DNA from: an uncultured Chloroflexia bacterium
GTDB lineage: Bacteria; Chloroflexota; Anaerolineae; B4-G1; SLSP01
Reading direction: 5' to 3'
DNA length: 64,000 nucleotides
NCBI GenBank assembly: GCA_963751345.1
Contig: CAVVUS010000030.1
Coordinates: 364,730-428,729 of the forward strand
In this document: piece after piece, positions 1-11,813 of the stretch
How the letters are laid out: each line of letters starts with the position of its first letter
How positions within the stretch are numbered: position 1 is the stretch's first letter
The notes under the pieces: model-generated
What the model was told of the DNA's origin: nothing
Seen by the model: the letters and a program-made list of their open reading frames with translations, nothing else
Database searches by the model: none
Translations under genes and position numbers: made by a program

Positions 1-267
1 ATCACCCTCAGGCATATCACGACCTCCATAAGCGAGCAGCACCGTGCCAATCGGATGTTCCGAGTGAGGCACCCCACCGGAAGCACCGGCAAGCGTCACA
101 CCAGGTGGTACGACGAGCGCGCCATCGATCCGGTACTTTCCCGGTGGAAGATAACAGATCGGCGGACCGCTCTCCGCAACAGCCAGGGCCTCCAGCAGAG
201 CCCCCGTGTCATCGGCCTTCCCATCCCCGATGGCGCCAAAGTCTGCGGCATTCACGAAATCCAACAC
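1..267 (-). CDS. Pectin-lyase-fold (pectate lyase 3 / GH28-like) protein, N-terminal part, runs off the window
   Basis: Manual translation from GTG267 after a GGGAGG RBS: MLDFVNAADFGAIGDGKADDTGAL...CYLPPGKYRIDG, the FGAxGDGxxDDT and PxGxY motifs; absent from the ORF track. Confidence 0.75.
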   Translation of the reverse strand, partial: MLDFVNAADFGAIGDGKADDTGALLEALAVAESGPPICYLPPGKYRIDGALVVPPGVTLAGASGGVPHSEHPIGTVLLAYGGRDMPEGD

Positions 268-296
268 GACGCTGCCTCCCGCCTACGGCTGATAAA

Positions 297-1361
297 CTAG
301 ATCTCAGGTACGCTGACCTCGATCTCGTGCCCCACGGCGGCCGAATCCACCAGTCCCTGCATGATGACGTTCGTCAACAGCAGTTCTTCTGCCGGGATCG
401 GTGAGGGCAGGCCCTCCCGGATAGCCTTGGCGAAGTCCAGGTTTTCGCGGCGGAATTGGTCGATGGGCTCGGTCGGCTGGTAGTTCACGGGCTGCGTGTC
501 GGTGAGCATCCCGAACTCCCACCGGTAGATCGTCAGCGGGTGAAGCTTCATCCCGGCCTGCGTGCCCAGCAGGAAGGGAGCGCCACCACCACTCAGGTGC
601 GAGATCCAGGCTGCCTTAAAGGTCACGACGGCGCCCGTGTCGAACCGAACCCAGGCGGCACCGAAGTCCTCGACGCTCAGTTTCTCGGGCGAGAAATCGC
701 CCCCATGGTGATGCGCGCCGAAGATCGGGGAGTAGCTCTTGCCGAGGTAGTTATTGGCCACACCTGACACCGCGACGGGCTTGGGGTGGTGCATCAGGCA
801 GAGTGTCGCATCGAGGCTATAGACGCCCCAGTCACCGACGACACCGATACCCGCGGTCTCCTTGGTGATGAAGCTGCCGCCGGGCAATCCCAGGCGACCG
901 AACCCACCACTCTCACCGTAGTAGATATCACCCAGCACGCCGGAGTCGGCAATCGTCTGCGCGACGATCCGGTCGTCCCCATAGCGCGCCTTGAGCCCGA
1001 CCATGAGCAACTTGTCGCTCTTCTTCGCGGCGCGGGTAATGGCCACCGCGTCGTCGAGCGTCGCCGCCATCGGCTTCTCGACGAGCACATTCTTGCCGGC
1101 CTCGAGCGCATAGATGGAAGGAGCAGCGTGCGCCTCATTCCAGGTGAGGACGGAGACGGACTCCACGTCCTCCTTGTCGATCATCTCTTTGTAATCCACG
1201 TAAGTGTGCGGGATACCAAACTCGGCCGCACGATTCTCAGCACGCTCGGGAACGATATCGGCAATGGCGACGACCTTGATTTCATCGACGGTCGAGAGCG
1301 CCTGCAGATGCGCGCCGGAGATCGCGCCCGCGCCGACGATGGCAATTCTCAGGGGATCCAT
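297..1361 (-). CDS. Gfo/Idh/MocA family oxidoreductase
   Basis: IAIVGAGAI Rossmann motif, VLVEKPMA motif; start MDPLR after GAGGAGG. Confidence 0.9.
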   Translation of the reverse strand: MDPLRIAIVGAGAISGAHLQALSTVDEIKVVAIADIVPERAENRAAEFGIPHTYVDYKEMIDKEDVESVSVLTWNEAHAAPSIYALEAGKNVLVEKPMAATLDDAVAITRAAKKSDKLLMVGLKARYGDDRIVAQTIADSGVLGDIYYGESGGFGRLGLPGGSFITKETAGIGVVGDWGVYSLDATLCLMHHPKPVAVSGVANNYLGKSYSPIFGAHHHGGDFSPEKLSVEDFGAAWVRFDTGAVVTFKAAWISHLSGGGAPFLLGTQAGMKLHPLTIYRWEFGMLTDTQPVNYQPTEPIDQFRRENLDFAKAIREGLPSPIPAEELLLTNVIMQGLVDSAAVGHEIEVSVPEI

Positions 1362-1509
1362 ATACAGCCTCCTCGATGTAAGCAGTGTTGGTATCTGCCA
1401 GGGCCGACGTTGGTTCAGCTGCGCCATAGGTCGGCCCTGACGATCTTTGCCAGATTCTGTTAGCACCCTGCGCCAGGTTTCGAAACCTGGCACAGGTTAG
1501 ACATGCTTC

Positions 1510-2505
1510 CTAGAAAGTGACCTGGCGTCCTTCGCGAGAGGCCTGATACGACCGCTCGAGCATCTCGGTCAGGTTGCGGCCATCCTCGACGGTGATCGTC
1601 ATTTCCGTACCGTGCAGGATCGCGCTGATCCACTGATCCATCGGCATCGGAAGCGACTCCGGCATCCTCGCCGGCGTGATGTAGCCCCGGATCCCGCCGG
1701 TGTCCAGATCGGTGGAGCTCAGGGTCAACCCACCGGAGTCACGCCCAACGTAGCCCTTGGTGCCGCGAATCTCCATCGGGTTGGGGCCGGAGCGCTGGAC
1801 CCACGACGTATCGAGGACGCCCAGGGCACCACTCTCGAACTCCACGACGATCACGGAGTTGTCGTCGATGGGATAGGCGCCGGAGAAGTTGTTGATCTTG
1901 GCGACCACGCTCTTGGGCTTTCCCATGAACCAGCGCATCACGTCCACGGTGTGGCAACCAAGATCGAAGAGCGCACCACCGCCCGCCAACTCTGCATCGG
2001 CGAACCAGGCGCTGCCATCGTGGAACCAGGCGTCGAGCGCAGCGTTGTGCGCGACGCGCGCGCGCATGAACGTGACGTCGCCAAGCCAACCCTTGTCCAG
2101 GACATCCTTCATGAAGAGCGTCTCGCCGCGGGTGCGGCTGGGCAGCGAGATCATGAACTTGATGCCGCTGTCGTTGACGGCCTTCACGATCTCGTCGGCG
2201 TCCGTGGTCTTGACGCACAGGGCCTTCTCGGTGAAGATGTGCTTACCATACTTCAGCGCGGTCTTCATGACCCAGGGGTGCTGGCTGGTGTAGGCGTTGA
2301 CGACGACGGCGTCTACATCATCGCGGCTGACAACCTTCTCCAGATCCATCTCGTAGGGAACGCCAAAGCGCTCGGTCGCGGCCTCACCTCGGCCCTTGTC
2401 ATCCTCCCAGAGCGCGACGATCTCGGCCTCCGGATGATCCACAACGTGCTGTGCATAGCCATTGGCATGCACGTGAGCCATACTGAGCATTGCAACGCGT
2501 AACAT
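1510..2505 (-). CDS. Gfo/Idh/MocA family oxidoreductase
   Basis: HIFTEKAL and GGGALFDLGCH motifs. Confidence 0.9.
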   Translation of the reverse strand: MLRVAMLSMAHVHANGYAQHVVDHPEAEIVALWEDDKGRGEAATERFGVPYEMDLEKVVSRDDVDAVVVNAYTSQHPWVMKTALKYGKHIFTEKALCVKTTDADEIVKAVNDSGIKFMISLPSRTRGETLFMKDVLDKGWLGDVTFMRARVAHNAALDAWFHDGSAWFADAELAGGGALFDLGCHTVDVMRWFMGKPKSVVAKINNFSGAYPIDDNSVIVVEFESGALGVLDTSWVQRSGPNPMEIRGTKGYVGRDSGGLTLSSTDLDTGGIRGYITPARMPESLPMPMDQWISAILHGTEMTITVEDGRNLTEMLERSYQASREGRQVTF

Positions 2506-2585
2506 TGTTAGTCTCCTTGTAGTGCCTTAGTGTGTGAACGTTTCTTCTTTGATCTCAGCGCACCGGCGGCATCGCCGGCAGCGCA

Positions 2586-4254
2586 TCAACCCAACCGAAT
2601 CGGACATAGGCAGAAAAGACACGGTCCACGAATGCCTAGTCCCCGAGACACGGGAGTCCCGAAGTTCTCCCGTAAAAGGACGACGAACTCTTCTGCAGTG
2701 ACGACCCGGGTATGGGGCGGCAGGAGGTCGATGGTGCGTTTGACGGCCTCCATGGGCCCGCCGATCTCCTCGAACGACCAGGCATGCACGTTGATCAGCG
2801 CGTAGCTGTCGGGATCGGTCTGCGGTGAAGCCGGTAAACCTGCGATGGCCTCAGCCACGCCCTCAGGGCTGTTCTTTGCCAGCGGCTCCCAAAGCAGATA
2901 GCGATAGGAGACGCAGGGCTTGCCCTCGTACCAGGTAGATGCGGCCCTCTTTGGCGTTGTAGGGCGAGTAGTCCTTGTAGATCACGCCCATGATCCCCGG
3001 CTGCGCGAGCAGCTCAGCGCTCTGTTCCATACCACCGCCTGAGTTCAGCATCGTGGCGATGGTCAGGTCGCCGGCCTGCATTGCAGCCGCCGTGCGCTCG
3101 GCAAAGGTCTCACGGTTGGGCAGGTAGCTATGATACGCGTACCCGATACCGCTGGGGCCTGTGACGAAGTCGTCGATGGTGCGGCCATGACTGGCCGTTT
3201 GGTAGAAGTGCGCCAGCGTGCGCGGGGCCACCTCCGCGAGCAGAGGCGCCATCTCCCACGTCATGTTGAAGGTGCCGCGATAGGGACTGGCCCAGAATCC
3301 CTCGGAGGTGACGAACTGCCCTCCCATCCACTGGATATTATCCCCATCGCTCATCACGAAGGCAATAATGCGCTCCCCTTCCTTAGCCGGACGAACGGAA
3401 GGGTGAGGCCGTTCGGGCAGCGTTGCAGGCAACCGCTGGAGCACGGAGAGATTGCGCGACCAGTCCGCAGGAATGCCTGCGCCACCTTCGCTGCTCACCT
3501 GTTGGATCCAGGCATGCTCGTCGCCCCCCCAGCCGAAGACCGTAAGGTCCGAGCCCAGGGCATGCGCGATTCGCATATGGTTGTCGGGGTCAACGCCATA
3601 GAGGGTGAAGGCGTCACGGGAAACGGCGAAGTCGCGCAAGTGAGCGTTCTTGGATTCAGCCTGCTCGACCATGACCGTGCCGAGAAGCCCGGCTTCGCCA
3701 GAAGAGGCAAACATCTCGCTATACGTATCAAAGGCCTCGACCTCATCCATGCCGCGTGCGTCGGCCAGCACCGCCAAACCCGCCGCCTTGGCCTGGTCCT
3801 GGAGCGAAGTGTCGATCGCGACGGCCCTCAGCGGGCCACAGAGCGACGTTGCGACATTGATGCTGTCAGTGCCCAGATCGTAGAGCACACTGCCTGCGAC
3901 AGCCTCTCGGAACTCGTCCAAGAGATCCCACACGGAACCCGCCTCGCGAATGTTGATACCTTCCTCTTTCAGATCCGCCAGGATGAGGGCATTCATCCCC
4001 ACATCCTTAATCCAGATTGCACTGGACCCATCCGCCACGAGTCCCTGCAAAGTGAGAACTAGCGTCTGCTCCGCCGAACTAAGTGCATCCGGGTCAACGA
4101 CCCAGAGCGTCTCGAGACCCGAAGGCGGAAAAGTCACAGGAATCGGGGTTGGGTTACACCCCGTCAAGAGCATCGTGCACAGCCCCAGACAGCTGAAAAC
4201 CCAACCCCAAGCTGACATCACGTCTGACATCACGTTCCCAACCGGTAAGCTCAT
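2586..4254 (-). CDS. GxGYxYP-domain putative glycoside hydrolase lipoprotein (frameshift near 2935)
   Basis: LLTGC lipobox, TLQGL, FVMSDGDNIQW, GPSGIGYAYH motifs; C-terminus (INVHAWS) continues in another frame. Confidence 0.75.
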
Positions 4255-5301
4255 ACCTCGGGAACGGACACCTCCACCTCACGACCCGCCGCCGCCGAGT
4301 CGATCAGACCCTGGATGATGACGTTGGTGATCAGCATCTCATCCGCCGGAATCGGCGAGGGCGTGCCATTCCAGATCGCCTCAGCGAAGGCCATATTCTT
4401 CGCCAGGAAGAGATCCTCATCCCGCCGCATGCCCGGCTGCGGGGTGATATCGACGAGGCGGCTGTAATTATGGGTGAAGAGGGTCAGGGGGTTCATCTTC
4501 ATCCCCGCCTTGGTCCCCAGAATCAGATTGCTGCCGAGCGAGTCCATATGCATGATCCACGAGGTCTTGAAGACCATCAGCGCGCCGTTCTCAAAGCGCA
4601 CCGACGCGACCCCAAAGTCCTCAACGCTCAGATCCTCGGGCACCCACTGCCAGCAGCCCTCAACAGGAGTGTGTGACTTACCGAGCAGGTTGTTGGCGAT
4701 GCCGGAGACGGCCACCGGCTTCGGATGCCCCATCAGGTGAAGCACCTCATCCAACGCATAGACACCGATATCGGCTACGGTCCCGATGCCGGCGGTTTCC
4801 GCGCGGATGAAGCTGCCTCCGGGAATGCCGCAGCGGCGGCATGCCACGGCTTCAGCATAATAGATGTCACCGAGCGTACCGGCGTCGACGATGCCCTTCG
4901 CGGTCTTGCGGGCAAAGCCGAAGCGCGGCTGGACGCCGACCATCAAGATCAGCCCGGTCTCGTGGGCGGCCTTCGTCATCTTGGTGGCATCGACAAGCGT
5001 GGCGGCCATCGGCTTCTCGACCAACACGTGCTTCCCTGCGTGAAGCGCGTCCACCGCGGGTGCGCAGTGCGCCTGGTTCCAGGTACAAATGCTCACGGCC
5101 TCAACTTCGTCCATCTCGAGGATCTTGTTATAGTCCGTGAAGACCAGGGGAACGCCGTAGGTGTCAGCGGTCCGCTGGGCCTTCTCCTCGACAAGATCGC
5201 AGACGGCAACGACCTCGAATTTCGTCCGTCTTCGCAAGCGCCTTCATATGCGTCTGCGCAATGCCACCAGTCCCAATCAATCCGATCTTTAGCGGTTTCA
5301 T
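4251..5301 (-). CDS. Gfo/Idh/MocA family oxidoreductase (frameshift near 5220), paralog of 297-1361
   Basis: True N-terminus MKPLKIGLIGTGGIA in another frame; VLVEKPMA; strong similarity to the first paralog. Confidence 0.85.
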
Positions 5302-5340
5302 CGAACTCCAGCCTCCATTTCATCTGCGCTATCGTTGTTG

Positions 5341-5389
5341 AAAAAAACAGCCTACAGGAACTGGGTTCACACCCGTTTCTGTAGGCTGT
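5341..5389 (-). terminator. Rho-independent terminator after the ABC genes
   Basis: ACAGCCTACAG...CTGTAGGCTGT inverted repeat followed by a T-tract on the minus strand. Confidence 0.7.
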
Positions 5390-5424
5390 CTGCTACCTAA
5401 TTGAAGCTCTTTCTCAGCAAGACG

Positions 5425-6488
5425 TTAGTCCTCGGCTCCCACAGCTTGCCGGCGTCTCGCCGCCTGAGTCTCGGCCACGGGCTCTCGCACGGGGCGATCC
5501 TGATGCAGGAAGCATGCCGCGTAGTGGCCTTCCTCTACCTCAAAGTCGGGCGGCCGCTTCTCGGAGCAGATCGGCATAGCATACGGGCACCGCTCAACGT
5601 AGACACACTTGTTGCCCTCGTGGGTCAGCGGTCGATCGGTGATCTTCACGTTCGCGCGACGTCTGCCAACGCTCCGTCGGATCGGGCGAGGGAATAGCTT
5701 TCAGCAACTGCTGGGTATAGGGATGCGAAGGCTTATCCAGCAGTTGGTCGATGATCCCTGACTCCACGACCCGGCCGAAGCACAGCACCAACATCGGGCC
5801 ACCCATATAGTAGGCGGTCGCCAGGTGGTGTGTGATGAACAGACAGGAGATGTCGTACTTATCCCGGAAGTCCAGCAGGATGTTCAGGAAGAGCGCGCGC
5901 ACGGCGACATCGATCATCGAGACCGGCTCGTCTGCGATAATGATCTTGGGGCGCAGCAACAAGGTGCGCGCCAACATCACGCGCTGGCACTGGCCGCCAC
6001 TGAGCTGGTGCGGGTATCGCCCGATGACGTCATCGGGCTGCAGATCGACACCACGCAGCGCCTCTGTCTTGAGAGCCAGCGACTCCTCCGCCGAAGAGGC
6101 CAGATCAAAGTTCTTGATCGTCATATCCAAGACCCGATCGATGCGATAGAAGGGGTTGTAGATGCTGAACGGATCCTGGAAGATGGGCTGCACGTTGCGG
6201 CGGAAGTCCCACCACTCACTCTTGGTCAACTCGGTGGTCAGCTTACCGCGGAAGAGCACCTGCCCGATGGTCGGGGGCGTCAACCCCAGCAGCATACGGG
6301 CCAGCGTCGTCTTTCCACTGCCACTCTCGCCGACCAACGACACGATCCGGGCAGGTTTCTCGTGCAGGGCAAGAGAGACCTGGTCCACAGCGGCGATGTA
6401 CTCTCGCTCGAACCCTGGGGTGGGGATACTGAAAATCTTCGAGACATTGCGAGCTTCGAGAACAGTTCTGATTGTCTAGCGTATTCAT
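5425..6488 (-). CDS. Oligopeptide/sugar ABC transporter ATP-binding subunit (OppF-like), two frameshifts
   Basis: GESGSGKT, LSGGQ, IIADEP, HPYT and C-terminal Cys motifs spread over three frames. Confidence 0.85.
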
Positions 6489-7612
6489 TTCTTACTAAAC
6501 TCCTCGGAAGCTGCGACCCATCCATCTTCTGAGAGACGCGTGTCCATATGCGTCGCCTGAGTCACGTCTTCAGACATCGGGTTGGGGTAGAGATGACAGG
6601 CAACCCGTCGCCCCGGGGCCACTTCCAACATTGGAGGTAGTTCGTGTCGACAGACCTCCATCACGTAAGGGCAACGCGGGTGGAAACGACAGCCCGGCGG
6701 CCAATCCAACGGGCTGGGCGCATGGCCGGGGATACCGACCATCCTCTCACGATCCCCCCCAATCATAGGAATGGAGGCGATCAAGCCCTGCGTGTAAGGA
6801 TGCAGCGGCTCCTTGAACGTCTCGATCACCGGTGCGACCTCAACTATCAGCCCCGAATACATAATGCCCATACGATCCGCAAGCTCGGCGTGTACCGCCA
6901 TATCGTGTGTCACGTAGATGAGCGTCAGCCCCAATTGGTTGGCGATTTCCTTCAACTCCTGCAGGATGACCTGCTGGACGTTGACGTCCAGCGCTGTGGT
7001 AGGCTCGTCAGCGATGATCAGACCGGGCTTCAGCGAGACCGCCGCTGCGATGGTCACGCGCTGCTTCATACCGCCACTGAGCTCGTGAGGGTACATGCGC
7101 GCAACGGCCGGCTCAAGCCCCACCATATCCAGGCACTCGAACATCCGGTCGCGAGCCTGCTCCTTCGACATATCGCTGTGTTCGTAGATGGCGTCCAGGA
7201 TCTGATGTTCCACACGATGGACCGGGCTCAGCACGTTCATCGCGCCCTGGGGAATGTAGGCGATATGCTTCCAAAGCATCTCGCGCATCCCCCGGGCCGA
7301 AAGCTTCAGCAGGTCGCGCCCGACGGACGTCGAGCCGGAGACGCGGCTATAGTAGATGACCTCGCCACTCTCGATGAAGCCGGGCAACTTGGTCATCCCC
7401 AGGAGGCCCCTGGCCAGCGTTGTCTTGCCACACCCCGACTCTCCGGCCAGGCCGAAGATCTCGTTGCGGTCAATGGTGACATCAACCCCATCGACAGCTT
7501 GGGCATTCCCGCGCGACGTCCGGTACCAGACACGCAGGTCTTTGATCTCCATCAGTACTTGCTCGTCGCCAGTCCGCTGGCGTGTTGTTGTTTCATTCAT
7601 CGTCATAGACAT
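6485..7612 (-). CDS. ABC transporter ATP-binding subunit (OppD-like)
   Basis: GESGCGKT, LSGGMKQR, ADEPTTALD, GCRFHPRC. Confidence 0.92.
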   Translation of the reverse strand: MSMTMNETTTRQRTGDEQVLMEIKDLRVWYRTSRGNAQAVDGVDVTIDRNEIFGLAGESGCGKTTLARGLLGMTKLPGFIESGEVIYYSRVSGSTSVGRDLLKLSARGMREMLWKHIAYIPQGAMNVLSPVHRVEHQILDAIYEHSDMSKEQARDRMFECLDMVGLEPAVARMYPHELSGGMKQRVTIAAAVSLKPGLIIADEPTTALDVNVQQVILQELKEIANQLGLTLIYVTHDMAVHAELADRMGIMYSGLIVEVAPVIETFKEPLHPYTQGLIASIPMIGGDRERMVGIPGHAPSPLDWPPGCRFHPRCPYVMEVCRHELPPMLEVAPGRRVACHLYPNPMSEDVTQATHMDTRLSEDGWVAASEEFSKK

Positions 7613-7628
7613 GATCGCTTCTCCGTGG

Positions 7629-8495
7629 TCACTTGGTCACTTTCTGCAGACGCGGGTTGAGATACTCCTCCATACCACGGTTGATCATGGTAATGGCCAT
7701 AAAGATGAGAACCAAGGCCCCGACGGGGATCAGCAGGATCTCCATCCGCCCCATACTGTACACCCCCCATCCTTGGGCGTAGTTGATCATCAACCCCAGC
7801 GTGATAATGTTCGACGGCCCCAGGCCGATCGCTTCAATGCCTACCTCGGAGACCATTGCGCCGACGACACTGAAGGCAAAGCCCATCAGCAGGTAAGGCA
7901 CCAGGTTGGGGAGAATCTCGGTGAAGATGATGGCGAAGTCGCCCTGCCCCGAGACCTTTGCCAACTCCACGTAGGGGCGCTCTTTCATCGTCATCACCTG
8001 CGCCCGGATCGTCCGGGCCGAGAACGGCCAACTGAAGAGAGCGAGAATGACGGCCATCGTTGCGACGATCAGCTCGGTCGTGACCATCGCGATAGCGACG
8101 AGGACCGGATAGGAGGGGATCACGATCAACATGTTGGTGAAGGTGAGCAGCACCGTGTCGATCAAGCCCCCCTCATAGGCCGAAAGGAACCCCACGGTAA
8201 TACCGACGGCTGACGCGACACAACCGGCCAGGAAACCGATCAGGAGGGTCTTCTGCAAGCCGGCGAGGAAATCCGCAAGCAGATCACGCCCGTGGCCATC
8301 GGTTCCCAGAGGATGACCCGGTCCCGCAGGCAGCCAGCGTCCGAACGCCCCAGGCCGCGCAGGGTTCACATTCCCGATGATGGGCCTGTAGATCAATGGG
8401 GCGACCAGGGCCAGCACCACGAAAAAGGCGAGGACCAGCACCCCGAACTTGAACTTCCCGCTCGTGCGCCAACAACTTCCTAGAAAACTCAGCAT
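7629..8495 (-). CDS. ABC transporter permease (OppC-like)
   Basis: HPLGTDGHGRD, EAA-loop region, multiple TM helices. Confidence 0.9.
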   Translation of the reverse strand: MLSFLGSCWRTSGKFKFGVLVLAFFVVLALVAPLIYRPIIGNVNPARPGAFGRWLPAGPGHPLGTDGHGRDLLADFLAGLQKTLLIGFLAGCVASAVGITVGFLSAYEGGLIDTVLLTFTNMLIVIPSYPVLVAIAMVTTELIVATMAVILALFSWPFSARTIRAQVMTMKERPYVELAKVSGQGDFAIIFTEILPNLVPYLLMGFAFSVVGAMVSEVGIEAIGLGPSNIITLGLMINYAQGWGVYSMGRMEILLIPVGALVLIFMAITMINRGMEEYLNPRLQKVTK

Positions 8496-8505
8496 CCCAC
8501 TCCTC

Positions 8506-9540
8506 CTACGCCTTGATGGCGGTCCGAACCCGCGGGTCAATTGCAGGCAACAGCAGGTCGACCAGCAGACTTGCCGTCATGACGCTGACGACCGATAGAA
8601 TGATGATGCCCATCATCGTGTTGTAGTCAAAGATGGCGACCGCACGCCCCATCACCTGCCCCAGTCCCGGGAAGACGAACATGTTCTCGATCAGCAGTTG
8701 CCCGCTCATCATCGAACCCATGGTCAGCGCCAGCCCTGTGGCCTGTGGCAGCATCGCGTTGCGCAGGGCATAACCGATCATGACTTTCCGCGGATTGATT
8801 CCCTTGGCCTCAGCGTAGAGCAGGTAGTCCTCGCCCATATTGCCGACCACCAGGGAGCGGGTGGACAGAATCCAACCGGAGAGCGACACGATGATGATCG
8901 ACAGGGCCGGCAGGAGGCTGTGTGAGACCACACTCTTGATGAAGTTCCAGTTCAACCCGATCTGGTACTGTGCATCAAACGCACCACGGGTAGGCAATAA
9001 CTTCCACTGATAGCCTATGAAGAGGACCAGGAAGAGCGCGATCAAGTACGAGGGAATCTGCGATAGACCGATGGAGATATTGGTGATCAGGCCGCTAGCC
9101 GACGTGTCGCGAAACCACGCCGCGATTGACCCGATCACCAGACCTAAGGTCCAGGAAATGATGATCGAGACACTCAACAGCCCGACCGTCCACGGAATGG
9201 CCGCCTTCATCAGGTCGATGACAGGCGTGGGGAAGTTGATAAAGGAAGGGCCCAGATCAAAGTGGACGAGGACTTGGTACATGTACTTGTAATACTGCTT
9301 CCATAGGGAGCCCGTCATACCGAACTTCTCCCTATAGGCCTGGACCATCGCCTCGCCACCCTGGATTTTCACCGAGTATGTCTTCTCCAACGACCTAATC
9401 CAGTTCTCGACCGGGTTGGCGGGGATCAGACGGAACATGAAGAACGTGATCGTCAACGCGCCGAAGATCGTGAGGAAATAGGCAAAGATCTTACTAGCAT
9501 AATACGACAGAATCGGATACTTCCGGAGTATCTTAAACAT
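8506..9540 (-). CDS. ABC transporter permease (OppB-like)
   Basis: DLGPS, EDYLLYAEAKG, ALRNAMLP, IENMFVFPGLG. Confidence 0.9.
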   Translation of the reverse strand: MFKILRKYPILSYYASKIFAYFLTIFGALTITFFMFRLIPANPVENWIRSLEKTYSVKIQGGEAMVQAYREKFGMTGSLWKQYYKYMYQVLVHFDLGPSFINFPTPVIDLMKAAIPWTVGLLSVSIIISWTLGLVIGSIAAWFRDTSASGLITNISIGLSQIPSYLIALFLVLFIGYQWKLLPTRGAFDAQYQIGLNWNFIKSVVSHSLLPALSIIIVSLSGWILSTRSLVVGNMGEDYLLYAEAKGINPRKVMIGYALRNAMLPQATGLALTMGSMMSGQLLIENMFVFPGLGQVMGRAVAIFDYNTMMGIIILSVVSVMTASLLVDLLLPAIDPRVRTAIKA

Positions 9541-9652
9541 AAGCACCTCTCATGATCAGAATCGTAGAGACGGAGCGCTGCCCCGTCCGATGGGGCCAAT
9601 GGTTCAACGGAGCCTCCCCCGTACAACGGGGATAGAAGCCCAGGGTCCGGTT

Positions 9653-9732
9653 TGCCACCCTGAGCGAAACGGAGGCCCCAGCCGAGACGCCCGGACAACG
9701 TCCGCAGGTTCTTCGCTTCGCTCAGAGTGACG
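9653..9732. repeat. Degenerate REP-like palindrome (TGTCATCCTGA...TCAGGATGACA family)
   Basis: TGCCACCCTGAGCGAA...TTCGCTCAGAGTGAC ends; related to 24727 and 28417. Confidence 0.55.
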
Positions 9733-9950
9733 GCAAACTTCGCATCAGAACACACACGTTCCACTCTGCACGTACGTATGCATACCGACGCATGTTTCTC
9801 CACCACTCGAACCACACTGATCCATCTTGCTGAAGTAGGTGAGAACACGCCTCACTCCGGGCGGTCAGGCCCCGCACCTGCTTCGGCACGGGACCTGACC
9901 TGACTCAGATTCAACGAACCTAACCAGTCACCTTAGAGACGGTGTCCTGA

Positions 9951-11813
9951 CTAGTTGCCCGAAGGCGTCACGTTGAAGTAGACTTGCTCGATCTGGCCCC
10001 ACCAGTTGAAGGGCACAGTGTAGAGATTGTCGTTCGACGGCATGTTGTCCCAGTAGTAGGTGTTGAAGCTGACGCTGTAGTAGGTCTCGATAAGCGGGAC
10101 ACCGGGCGGATCCTGCAGCCACAGATCGAACATCTTGTTGTACAGAGGCATCGCGTCGGCGGAGTCAGGATCGATGGCATTCAGCGCTAGCAGAGTCTGA
10201 TCGTACTCCTCATTGCAGTAGCGAACCTCGTTACCGTTGGTGGCCACATCGCCCAGCGGCACAACGCGGTCGCAGGTGTAGCCATTGTACAGCTCGGTCG
10301 GATCCACGGTCGCGCCGCAGAACCACCAGAAGCCGATCTGCACATCACCGATGTCGAGGTTGTCCCAGAAGGTCGACTGATACTCGAAGGTCGCATCGAT
10401 GCCGATGGACTTGAGCTCCTCGGTGAAGTCCTGGCCCATCAGGTACTCGTTGCCACCGACGCCCACCGGGGTCGTGACTGCGAGAGCGACCTGGTTGCCA
10501 TCAGAATCGACCAACTTGCCACCCTGCTGCGTATAACCGATGGTCGCCAGCAGATCCAGGGCTGCCTGGGGATCGTAGGTCAGCGTGCCCCACTTGGCCT
10601 TGGCATCCTCGTCGATGAACTTATCAAGGTTGCGGTAGTCGGCCCACAGACCCTGCGCGGGCTTGGAGGGCGGCGTCCAGATGTTCGCGCCCCACTTCTC
10701 GCGGTCCATCAACATCGACATCGCGCGGCGGAACTCAGGCTGATCAAGCGGGGGCTGCATGCTGTTGAACCACGCCGCACGCGGGCACGGATCGACGTAG
10801 GTCACCTCATTGATCTGGGGGATATCTGCCTTGTTCTGCTGGTAGATATCATAGCCCAGGCCAAAGATGTCCATATTGTTCGCCTTGACCTCGGCGAGCT
10901 GCTGGTCGGCGCCAGGGCCGGTGCGGTAGATCGCGTACTTGGGGGCGGGGAAGTAGCCGATCGACTTGCCCCAGTAGTTCTCATTCCGCTGCCACACGAA
11001 CACCTTATTCTGAGGATAGACTTTCATCAGCGTGTAGGGGCCGGTGTAGACGGGCGGATCATTCTTATAGGTGTGCGGGTCCACGATCGACCAGATGTGC
11101 TCAGGGTAGATGTTCAGACCGCCTACGATCCTGCACCAGAAAGCCAGGTGCTGGCGCGGGCGGGGCTCGGTCATGGTGATGACCACGGTGTAGTCATCAG
11201 GCGCGCTGACATCGGACCAGAACTCCGCGTCAGACTGCGGAAGGCCACCCAGATCGTCGAACTCCGGGTCCATGGCCATCTGCAGCGTGAAGACCACGTC
11301 GTGCGCCGTGAAGGGCTCGCCGTCGTTCCACGTCACACCCTTGCGGACGTAGAGGGTCAACTGGGTGTAGTCTGCATTGTACTCCCACCCCGTGCCCAAC
11401 CAGGGGATGATCTCACCGGTGGCATAGTTGACGTACCACATCCACTCACGAGAAAACTGGCCGAGGCCGTTCTGATAGTGTTCCCCGTTGGGGATGAAGG
11501 GGTTGAAGCTATCGAAGATCGAGAAGTCGACCTGGTCGTTGATGACCACTTCATTGCGACTGAACGGCATGGTCACACCGTTGACCTGGAACTCCTCGAC
11601 GGCCGTAGCCACGGTTGCCGTGGCCTCGGGCGCGACCGTGGGCTCAGCCGTGGGCGTCGGCCGCGGGGTCGACGTCGCTTGTTCACTTACCACCGGCGGG
11701 TTGACGATCTGCGGCGTATTGGTGGGGGCGGGGGGCTCGGTAGCTCCTCCGCAGCCCGCCACCATCGCCGCGATCAAGACCGCGACTGCAAGGTACATGA
11801 GCTTTCGCGACAT
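9951..11813 (-). CDS. ABC transporter substrate-binding lipoprotein, family 5 (probably oligosaccharide-binding)
   Basis: MVAGC lipobox, Pro/Thr linker, VRKGVTWNDGEPFTAHDVVFT, TGPYTL. Confidence 0.9.
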   Translation of the reverse strand: MSRKLMYLAVAVLIAAMVAGCGGATEPPAPTNTPQIVNPPVVSEQATSTPRPTPTAEPTVAPEATATVATAVEEFQVNGVTMPFSRNEVVINDQVDFSIFDSFNPFIPNGEHYQNGLGQFSREWMWYVNYATGEIIPWLGTGWEYNADYTQLTLYVRKGVTWNDGEPFTAHDVVFTLQMAMDPEFDDLGGLPQSDAEFWSDVSAPDDYTVVITMTEPRPRQHLAFWCRIVGGLNIYPEHIWSIVDPHTYKNDPPVYTGPYTLMKVYPQNKVFVWQRNENYWGKSIGYFPAPKYAIYRTGPGADQQLAEVKANNMDIFGLGYDIYQQNKADIPQINEVTYVDPCPRAAWFNSMQPPLDQPEFRRAMSMLMDREKWGANIWTPPSKPAQGLWADYRNLDKFIDEDAKAKWGTLTYDPQAALDLLATIGYTQQGGKLVDSDGNQVALAVTTPVGVGGNEYLMGQDFTEELKSIGIDATFEYQSTFWDNLDIGDVQIGFWWFCGATVDPTELYNGYTCDRVVPLGDVATNGNEVRYCNEEYDQTLLALNAIDPDSADAMPLYNKMFDLWLQDPPGVPLIETYYSVSFNTYYWDNMPSNDNLYTVPFNWWGQIEQVYFNVTPSGN